Positions 25,530 to 35,109 of a stretch of DNA of 64,000 nt are shown one piece after another (the first letter of the stretch is position 1; each line of letters opens with the position of its first letter). A program made the position numbers and the translations under genes. The DNA comes from Klebsormidium nitens (Eukaryota > Plantae > Klebsormidiophyceae), in assembly GCA_000708835.1 (NCBI GenBank), contig DF237334.1, forward strand, positions 1 to 64,000, written 5' to 3'. A model generated the notes under the pieces. It was not told where the DNA came from. It searched no databases and worked only from the letters and a program-made list of their open reading frames with translations.

Positions 25530-25634
25530 GAGTGTGGCCTGCTCAGGCCAGGTGTGTTCACATCTGGCACAGTCAAGCTGTGTTTACAAGCGGGCCGGAA
25601 AATGCTGGTCATGCAGTCCAGTGCTTTGCTTCTG

Positions 25635-26050
25635 CTAGGTTTCTGACCAACTGACAACGGGAAGGATTCGAGCTATGACTTGCTTGACCAACTCTGTTTC
25701 TTTCTGAAGGCCAACCCAGTCTGCAAGTTGCACCACTTCAATTGTCTCAGCCGGATCAAGAGTGCAGAAGCCTGAACAAAGACGCCATAAAAGTGCTTGA
25801 CCTTTCCGTTCGTCACCTTCTGACGCCAATGTCACTGAAGCGCCGCAGTACTATTGGGGCGCTCAGCAGCAAAGACCCACTGGACGATAAAACGTTCTTC
25901 TCGCTATCACATGCTGATCAACTTGTGCATGGGGGTTGCGCATAAATTGGGGGATCCCGTTCAATGTCCTCCCGGTCTTCACTATCATCCGGGCCGCCTG
26001 AGCCGTTCGATGGAGGCTGTACAGTCCTCAAGGCCGTAGATTTGGCAGAA
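25635..26050 (-). pseudogene. Possible degenerate BTB/POZ-like fragment
   Basis: YCGASVTL...TIEVVQLADWVGLQKETELVKQVI resembles a BTB C-terminal half (Y-x-G...L-A-D-x-x-x-L); upstream frames contain stops. Weak pattern match only. Confidence 0.25.
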
Positions 26051-26391
26051 ACCTTGGCATCGCAGTGAAACCTGTGAGGAGCGCTTAAAAAGTTGTAGTG
26101 TTAAAGCATTCTTGGAAGGTACGTCACGTGTTGATAAATAGGTCTTTCTGGCCGCTTCTAATCTCAGCGTGGCGTCAGGGTTGACACCATCCTGTCAAAA
26201 GGCACCATCAGCTGTGCGAAGAATGTATCACTGACTGAGGCGCGCTTGTTGAATGGGTGCACTTCAAAACGGTTCCTGAACTCAGGCAGCGAAGGGTTCC
26301 AATCACTGCTACGGTATCTCTCTCAAGAAGTGCGATCGGGTCAGCAAGTGCCCTCACTGTTCAGCAGGCTGAGCCTTATTCTATTGGCGTC

Positions 26392-29300
26392 ATGGCTGCG
26401 CCGCCCCATGTCGCTGGACTCTTCATCTATCCTGTCAAGTCGTGCCGAGGCATTGCCCTGCAGAGGGCCCACATCACAGAGTATGGTGAGCAACAGATGG
26501 GGATCACTCTTTCTCTCTTTTCAAATACCTCCGATGGCATTCTTTCGGGCAGCTACAGTTGTTGAGTTGAATCTAGAGTGAAAGTGTAACCCGTGTTGCT
26601 TGGCACTTGCATCTGTTAATTGGGACACTGTTTGATTGCTTGGGGTTATTTGTTGCTAGCTTTTAATGAATTCCCGTTGAGCACACTGAAGAGGGCATGA
26701 TTGTGTAAAGCTGGTCGGCAGCCGGTGTCAGAAAGCCACCGCTCCCTTTCCCCTCGCGGCGGAGCTCAACCATCTGTTTCTCACAACTTGCCTTCAGCTC
26801 CAACAGGAAGCGCTCCCATCGTTGCATGACTGCCCGGCCAGAGAGCACCCACTTATGCCCACTTCTGTACGTTTAAATTCATCACACTGGACAAGACAAA
26901 CAGTCAGAGTTCCGCCCCCGCATCTACAGTTTCGCTCTCAACTGGTGGTGGATGTTAGACAATTACGAGGGCGGCTTGCTGACTCTCATTTCTAAGTGAC
27001 CTTTCCCCCAAGCACCCACGCCCTTCCTGAACATGCAATGCTCAAATTTTCAGACACACACATAGACACACAAACAGTCGGACTTCTGCTCCGGCGTCTG
27101 CAGGCTTTGCTTTGACCGGTTGTCGATGATCGTCAAAGACAAGGGCCGGTTGCTGACTGTCACTGTCAAGTGACCCTTCCGCGAAAGCTCCCACACCTTC
27201 CTGAACATGCATTGCTCTGTCCTAAGAGACAAAACCAGTTAACTTCTGCTCCGGCGTCTGCAGGCTTTGCTTTTGACCGCTGGTGGATGGTCGTCAATGA
27301 CAAGGGCCGCATGCTGACGCAGCGCCAGGCGCCCAAGCTGGCTCTCGTGGAGACGGCCCTTCCCCCAGAGGCTATCGAGGAGGGGGCCTGGAAGCCGCTG
27401 CCCCCCGACGCCGCACTCAGTAAGAAAACCTCTTTCACTGCTTTTTCTTTCTTCATCACTTTGGTCTGTTTTTAACATCTCTATTCTGTGAACCAAGCCC
27501 ACACTTGGTGAGGAAACCTCGCTTATCTTTTCGTGTCTTGTCTCCTTTGATTTCTACTTCTTGTTTCTATCCTGCCGCTAGACGCCGCACGCTGTGACAA
27601 GACCTTCCGTTTGCAATGCCGTTTTGTCATTCATTTCCTGTTTCCTTCGTTTTCCTTTGTGAGAAAAATGCGTAAGTGCACTCAGGACTGCAGATTGGCA
27701 CAAGCGACGACGCATTTGCATAGAACCCATAATGCAATTAGAGGGTCATGATTGGAACAAAATTGCCCCCTTACAGAGTGGCTGTAACCGACCGCTAGCA
27801 AATTTCCACTTGGTGCTTCTCCTTGTGACAAGCTGCTCCCGTTGCTCTCCACAGGCCTGAAAGCCCCTGGAATGGGACCCCTCCAAATCTCCCTCGCCAC
27901 GCTTAACAGTGGGGGTGGCTTCTTATCCCGGGTGTTTGGAACCTCAACCCTGCCGAGGTTAGTGGAAGCCTCAGTGTGGGAGTGGGCGGGGCAGGCACTA
28001 GACGAGGGGGACGACGCAGCGGCGTGGTTCTCCGACTACCTCGACCGGCCGTGCAGGCTGGTGCGATTTGCGCCAGGTGCGTGGCTTTTCTGACGAGCTT
28101 TTGCGTTTCCCAAGACATGATCGAACAATCATGTCCCCTTATAAAGCTCGGAACTTTGGATTGTTTGTAAGTCTTGTAGGATATGAGAAACGGAAGGTTG
28201 TCGAGAGGCATTGAGCCGCGCAAAGGCTTCCAGTTTTGACATTCTTGCAGTCTTCCAGGCCCCTGTCTTTTGTAAATGGCGAAGTGGTCGCTTCCTTCCT
28301 TGACCTTAGACGCGCTCTGCTGACGAAACACGTTAGATATCTGAACGTTGTTGTGAATGGAAGAAAAGTAAACACTTTGTCTTCGCCAAAATACGAACGC
28401 CTTCTTGACTACATAAGCACTCACGTCTCCAACGTTTTTCAATATACGAAGAAGAATGGAGCGGGATCAGCAATTTCAGGAGCCTGAGCTTGCCGGTCGA
28501 CCAGACTCGTGGGTGTTCACAGATTGTGTGTCAAGCCAGATTGTTTTTCTAGCTTTGACACTTTCGTACGATTGTGCACATACTAGACTTTCTTCGAACT
28601 CGCTGCTTGTCGTGAAGATTCCTTTTACCGTATCCTCTAAAAACCGCTCAATCAGCTCAGGTTTTGAGAAAACCGTACGCCACAGGATACGAGTTACTGG
28701 AATCTGCAATCTCTTTTTGCACCGTACTGTAAGTGCCTTCGTTGTGAAGACATCAGAGTCAGTCACTCTGCTTTGTTGCAGATGTGAACAAGAGGGACGT
28801 CGATCCAACTTATGCAAGTGGCTATACCACCCAGTTCACGGACGGGTTCCCATACCTGGTAGCATCGGAGGTGAGCCCACAATGCAACGCCTGCGAAAGC
28901 AGAAAAGACTGTTTCGATTGCAGCCGAAATCCAACTTCGAGAAATGCATGAATGTTGAATCATGCTCACAAAAGCTAGAACAGGGAGACCGGACGACTTC
29001 GAAGATCAGCGGCTACAAGTTCACCTCATTGCATCTGTCATCTAGAAGTAAGAAAGCGAAGCCTTCAGAAAGTGGCGCCCTTGTCTCGAAGAGAAGTTGC
29101 CAGCCGGAGCGCGAATTAGAAGGGCGCAGAAGGCCGTTTTATCCTTTTTCTGATCAAGAAGCGACTGACTCCATGTGAACGTTTTTCTCAAAGTTGCTCG
29201 AATCCACATCAGGAAGTACTTCCGCGCAAACCCCAGATTCTGCTCTCCGCTGGCGAATGATTAGTACACACGATCCAGTTTGACCTGCCGGTTCTGGTGG

Positions 29301-31991
29301 GCGTACAGCCAGCATCACACCGAAACGAGAAGCTAGAAGAGGGCATCATTTGTGCGATTCCCACCTCTTCGTCAGGTTTCGTTGCCACCGCCTCACTTTG
29401 CGTCATGGTGCTGTGCAGCCATCGCTCGCCGCTTTGAACGCAAGTCTGGAACAACCGCTGCCCATGAACCGCTTTCGACCAAAGTGAGTCCGCTCTCAGA
29501 AACACTCATTTTTTGAATTTGGGCTTTTTACTGAACACCGAGACGGACACATCCGAAGCCTTGAGCGGTGATCGCTCCTTTGCTTTGCGATCTGGTGTGC
29601 CTGTACGGTTGTCTCGGGGCATTTGCCCCTCACTTAAAAACGGTGGTCCAGCTTTTCTGTGTTCGAAACGTGTCCCGGGCATCGGTGGCGCTTACTCGTT
29701 CGGCCTTCTAAAAACGCGTATTCGGGCTTGAACGGAAGGAGGGAGAACATGGACTCCCGAGCCGATGTTATAGACCCCTCTTAGCCATAACTTTCTAGGA
29801 TCGACGGTCTAGGATGAGTGTATGTACTAAGTGCGACCGTCGATCGAAGGGGTTATAGTCGGAAGGGGGTAACGTAGGGAGTCCGTCGGGAGTCCCTGTC
29901 CGCCTTCCATCCGTTCTGACAGCACTCGAGCAGTCGGCTCGGTCGAGCTGCCTCACCTTGAAGCAAGAAAATGATGTTCCTAGAAACTGATGCGGATTTC
30001 CTCATTAGTCACCAATTTCTTCGCCTGCGGCTCACGTTCGTTTTTGATTATCCGTGATGTTGCCTGAGTATCGTAGCCGCTCCACTGTTGTACCACCCCT
30101 CTCGCTACGATCCTTTCTTCAGCATCGTGGTGGACGGTTGCCAGCCGTTCGATGAGGACACGTGGGCGACGGTGAGCGTCCGGAGCCCGGGGGGAGGGAC
30201 CGGGGTCACGTTCCGGGGCGTCAAGCCGTGCAGCCGGTGCAAGGTGACCACCACCGACCAGGCCACCGCAGAAGTCGGCAAGGAGCCGCTAGTGGTGAGC
30301 TAGGGTTCGCTGTTCCACCGGTTTGTTTTCTTTTGTTTTGTTCTGTTTCGTTTTGTTGCGATTTGTTCGCTGTTCCATCGGATTTGTTTCTCATGTTTAG
30401 TTCGTTTCCTTTTGCTCCGTTTTGCTTTTGTACTGTTTTGTTTCCACCAACCCGTCAAAGGCGTCGTGTCCGGCCATTTTGTCCGGGGTCGTCAGAAAGG
30501 AGCCTTCCACACAATCGGACGCGGCGGCGAACGAATTTCTAATCTTTCAGAAGGCAACTTTGATCTTGCTGTCGCTGCTGCCCCTGGGTTTCCTCGCTCT
30601 CGGGTGGATTCCAACGAGTTCCGCGCTTTTCGTTTCCCTTTCTTTCTCTCTCCTGTTTCCTTATTCTTACCTGATCTGGCGCTCCACTTGGGTGCGATTT
30701 GGTTATGATCTGTTTTGCCCTCGTATTATGTAAATGGACCTCGTGCCCTTCTCGTAGGAGTTCACCTGTAAAGCGTGGGAGGAACTCTCCTTGTTGTGTT
30801 TGCATCCGGTTCTCCTCTCATATCTGTGTGCTTTTTCCAGGTCAATCATCTTCTTCGTGAGCGCTCACCCCGGTTTCAGTGCTTCGCGTCTTGGTCTGTT
30901 TGCAGTCGGCCGAGAGCATTGTGTCGTTATATCTGCTTTTTAGAAATTGCGGTATCACGCTACGTGTTCTTTACCTGTACCGAACACGGTTCAAACCCAT
31001 TGCCTTTGGAATTCCGATAGAAGATAGAGACTCCGGGTGCCGGGAGTGCTTCGAGCATGCTCTTCGTATCCTGAAATCGCGCAATTCGATTGAAGCGCTG
31101 CCAACACAAACCATCATTCTTTCTTCCTCGTAATTTGTCCACCCTCGCTTCTTGTTCAATACTCCCTCGCGGCAAGGCGGGGGAAGTTTCTTGTCTGAAA
31201 ATCTGTGCAGAAGACATCCTCATCCTTAACGAAATCTCATGCCTGAAATTTGCATTGGTTGGCCTTTACGTAAAGACAATAGTACCCGTCTCCAGCAGCC
31301 AGTTCGTCGCTTTGCGAGTTTGAAGTCCTGTAACCCAAGCCTTCGGAAACAGCTGGACACAGGAGCAGTCCAGGTGGTCTCGGCGCTCGCTCTGCTGACG
31401 AGCTTGCAGCATATGCTTTTTCTCGGCCGGGGCGTTCGCACAACCGCTGCTAAACCTTTTTTCTTCCGGGGCTCTTCTCTCCGCAGACTTTGGGAAAGAT
31501 TCGGCACGGAAAGCAGTTGGAGCTTCCTCGACCGTTACAAGGAGGCGTAAGTCACCGAATTACTGCATGCTCCTCCTCAGATTCCTTTTGACGCTTTTTT
31601 GACTTTCCTCATGTTCAAGCTCCATGAGTGTGCAAGTCGTTTCGTTCCCTTCGCATGGTCAGGGAAAATGAAGAAGCGCACAGCTTACAAACGCTGCATC
31701 CCGGCCGGGTTTTGCTTTTGAATTATGCTACTCACTGCGGTGCTTCCTCGATCCTACAGAATGTTTGATCAGCCCTTGTTTTCTGTAGACAAAAGTAAAA
31801 ACCGCCCGTCACAATCTGAAAAGCACCTTTGTGAATACCAGGTTTACTTTGGGATGAACATGGTCGCCGATGCACTTACTTCCGGGCAAAGCAGCGCCAC
31901 TGTCGGCGTTGGCGACGTGGCGGAAGTAGTGACTCAGCTCCCAGTGGGCGTGCACATGGCCCAAATCCATTCAGCGGCGGCAGCTAGCTAG
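26392..31991 (+). CDS. MOSC-domain protein (mARC-like molybdenum-cofactor protein), 8 exons, 335 aa
   Basis: Exons 26392-26485, 27264-27419, 27855-28076, 28782-28870, 29419-29483, 30123-30294, 31487-31546, 31842-31991 total 1008 nt. Motifs LFIYPVKSCRG, FDRWWMVV...MLTQR, FTDGFPYLVASE, PMNRFRPNIVVDG and KPCSRCKVTT (Moco-binding Cys). Confidence 0.93.
26843..27318 (+). repeat. Three diverged ~160-175 bp tandem units spanning the intron 1 / exon 2 junction of the MOSC gene
   Basis: Acceptor AGs end at 26929, 27103 and 27263 (functional). Copies 2 and 3 share 32 identical nt (ACTTCTGCTCCGGCGTCTGCAGGCTTTGCTTT). Copy 1 retains TGGTGGATG, AGGGC and TGCTGAC. Confidence 0.9.
29730..29916. repeat. Long imperfect inverted repeat (MITE-like or hairpin) in MOSC intron 5
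   Basis: Left arm GAACGGAAGGAGGGAGAACATGGACTCCCGA...GATCGACGGTC matches the reverse complement of the right arm (GAACGGATGGAAGGCGGACAGGGACTCCCGA...GATCGACGGTC); ~25-nt spacer; no TSD found. Confidence 0.75.
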
Positions 31992-33142
31992 AGCCAGCTC
32001 TGGTAGGCCCGTAATGGCTTTCGTCTCAGATTATTCTGTTCGTGCACATATGTAATTATAGCTTGAGTCTTGACGAAGATACCAAGGACAGCTTTGTATT
32101 GTTCGTACATATCCAGGTGTTGAAACCGCTCGCCGTAAGCAGCGCCAGAAGTTGCTTCCTAGGTCTACATGTTGACTTTCTTCAAGCGGGACAGGGAATG
32201 TGGGATTGCGCCATGGCTAGTCAGTTTGCATATGTAGGATATGTGCACCCTGATTGCAAGTATGCTAGAAAGCTAGTACGATTCAACTCTCCAAGGAGAT
32301 TATTGTGTAGATATATGGACAATACGATCACCGTCCGGGGTCCGAGCATATATTTGCCATCGTTAGATTGTGTGTGAACTGGATATTGAACTGGTGGCCC
32401 TTGCCATTACGAGGATGTGAAGGATCACGCCTACATGCAACGAACGGGTAAGTCGACACCGGCGGCACATATGAAATTGTGTGGTTGTCGAGTTCTCTTC
32501 TCAGAAATTTTGGTGCGTGCAAGAGCAAGTTAAGAATTGTACGTGCGTTCGTACGCTTGAAGTACGAAATGACTGGGGTCTTAGCCGGGCGAACGATTCG
32601 GAACAATCAAGTGCACGTACGTTCGCAATTACCTCGATCCTGTACGGCAACTCAAGTGTTCCTTTCGTTGGAACAAAACCCAAACTAGTTGCATGACTGT
32701 TGGCATACATATCTGCACAATGACTAGTTCCAAATTCGATGATGTTTAATCGTACCCGGCCCTTTGACCCTTCAAGTCTGAGTAAGTCTCAACAACTTGG
32801 GCCGCTATAAGTTAGATTATATAGTCCACATTCGTGCAATTCAACCGCGAAGACCGCAAGAGAAACGAGCGGGGGGGCCTCGGGGGGGCGGCAGCCCCTT
32901 GATATATTAGGTGCAAAAGCTGTCGATCAACTGCACACGAGAGAAGGAAGCAACATGTGGAACTTGTCAAAGACAACTTCAAGCACTCGCTTCGTACTCC
33001 CTCCTGGGAGCACTGCCGCTGTAACACCGAGTTCGCTTGGCGAACACCAATTTTATAAGAAAATGGTCATTATTCCACCGGTGTAGTAGGGACTAGGTAG
33101 GTAGGTATCCTACGGATAAGTCCTACACCTAACTTATCAGAA

Positions 33143-33568
33143 GTACCTAGGCAGGTACCAAGATTCGTCATCTTGAGCTGTCATGACAGCTCATCCTCAC
33201 GGTGCCAGTACCTATTGCCTACCTAGTGACTCGGATCGGCTAGAGGCTATAAATGTACCTGCTGGAGTCTGGAGGCGACTGTTCGAACAGTACCGGTACA
33301 CCGGTAGGTACCTACCTAGATGAATGCACAGATTCCTGTTACCTGTACCTATACACTGCAGCAGACGCTGACGTGACGGAATCAGACGGCGGATACGACA
33401 CGAAGGATATACGTACGGCAGATTGCATACCTCGCATTTCAACCGGTACATAACACACGCAATGATTTGCTGTCGTACCGACTTCCTTGTACCTACTGGA
33501 AACAGAAACACCCGTGGGCCGTACACCGGTACGCACCCTAAGAGGTACCTACCGTAGGTACTAGGTAC
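33143..33568. repeat. GTAC/CCTAC/GTAGG-rich low-complexity tract
   Basis: About 17 GTAC tetramers in ~430 bp by manual count, versus ~1.7 expected at uniform composition. Confidence 0.7.
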
Positions 33569-33981
33569 GTAGGACTTTGGCAACTCTCGTGTGACCAAAG
33601 TGTGACCCAACCACCTAACCACCTTACCGCCTCCCGGTTCGACCCCACCCGTCTCCCGGGCGCCTATCTACGGTATGCCTAGCTGCCAGAATTGAGTCGA
33701 CGCTCGTAACCCGGCTCGGGGTCCCGGCCGCCGTCCTCGTCGCCATGGGGTCGGCCAACCCAGCCTCAGAGGTTTTTGCATGAGGAAACAATTTTAAGAA
33801 TGGTACCTATTGAACTTTGAAGCTATGGCCCGCCGACAAGTCGTTGACAAAAGTTCCATGCGCCGTCGGTACCAATTTTGTGGTGCGGGGTATCGTACCC
33901 TGGAGGTACTTGGTCGAGAAGTCTGACGCCCATGTTCTCTGTCAGGCACGGGTGACGGAAGAGGCAAGTACTAAGGTCTAA

Positions 33982-34370
33982 GGGTGTCGTTCCACTAGCG
34001 GCCGGCAGAACATTTTAAATTCTGTGATTGGCTGAATATTGCTCTACCGTCGGTCAACTACCGGAGTTCCGGGCAAATAAATGCCACGTCGGCGGCACAA
34101 CTTTTATTAAAACTCGACCCGACAATTTGATGGGTCGAGTTTTAAATAAAAGTTGTGCCGGGACGTGGCACCGAGTCTGCGAATCGCATGCCGCCACGTT
34201 GGATTCTGCATTCAATGCTCTATTTTTTGGCGCAAACTCTGCCGGTCAGCTGTTCCACTAGCTGCCGGAAATTGGAAATATATCAGACTTCCGGGCAAAT
34301 TCCGGCTGCTTTAGAACCACATACTTTATTGATTTTTGCACCTGTGCAGGCCGCTAGTGGAACGACACCC
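33982..34370. mobile_element. PIF/Harbinger (Tourist-like) MITE, 389 bp
   Basis: Perfect 22-bp TIR GGGTGTCGTTCCACTAGCGGCC (33982-34003 / 34349-34370) flanked by TAA (33979-33981) and TAA (34371-34373), the PIF/Harbinger TSD. No coding capacity; internal hairpin 34083-34169. Confidence 0.85.
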
Positions 34371-35109
34371 TAAAATTATACCTTTTAATAATACCCTGAA
34401 TATTGGCTCACGGCCCACGGGCCGCACCAAGCCAGGTACCGTCGCTACCCTGACCGGGGCCGCCACACACTAGGTACAATCGGCCGGGACGATGGGAGAC
34501 GCAGGTCGGGAGTCGGGACCGGTGATACACGGTCGGTACTCCCGAGTCAAGACTCCCAGAACAAGCAGTGCACATTGCTGCGTGCACCCGGCTGCTCTGT
34601 CGGAGTCTGTCCCAGGCATGTGCCCTGTGCGGCTGCACAACTGCACACTGCACACTGCACACACGTACCTACTGCAGAGTGGCGGACTCTGGAGGCTTTT
34701 AGGCGCGATCCAGCCACCGGAGATCTCTCGACTCCTGATCGAGCTGCAGCCGCAGGTGTCCTTGTCCTGCCTAGAAATCCGGCGAAAGGCCAGCTGAGAG
34801 GTAGCGAGCCGATTTGCTAAGGCCCGTAAGGGGTTCATGCAGGGCTCCAGCTGGAGCTTCAAGTTCAGGGCTTCCACCACCGTCGAATGCTGGCCCTCGT
34901 GTGGTTGCCGGGGCGATCAGCGATGACCTATCTGCAAGGCGCTTCGTAGGAGGGAAATCCTGCAAGAGGCAGCCAGCTCAGTAGCGGTGTTCCTCGCCAA
35001 TGCACAAAGATCAGAGGAAGGGGCTGGGGTATTGAGAGGTGGTTGACATTCGTTGCAATGGCCTGGTGATTGAAAAGGGGGTTTCCCGGCAGAAAATTGA
35101 GATCCAGGA

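Noticed and set aside
28456-29178. 240-aa ATG ORF nested in the MOSC gene
   Set aside because: Spans intron-exon-intron in another frame, Ser-rich low-information sequence, no motif
30988-30998. B-box-like GGTTCAAACCC (also GGTTCGACCCC at 33636-33646) as possible tRNA genes
   Set aside because: No cloverleaf stems or clear A-box; not called as tRNA
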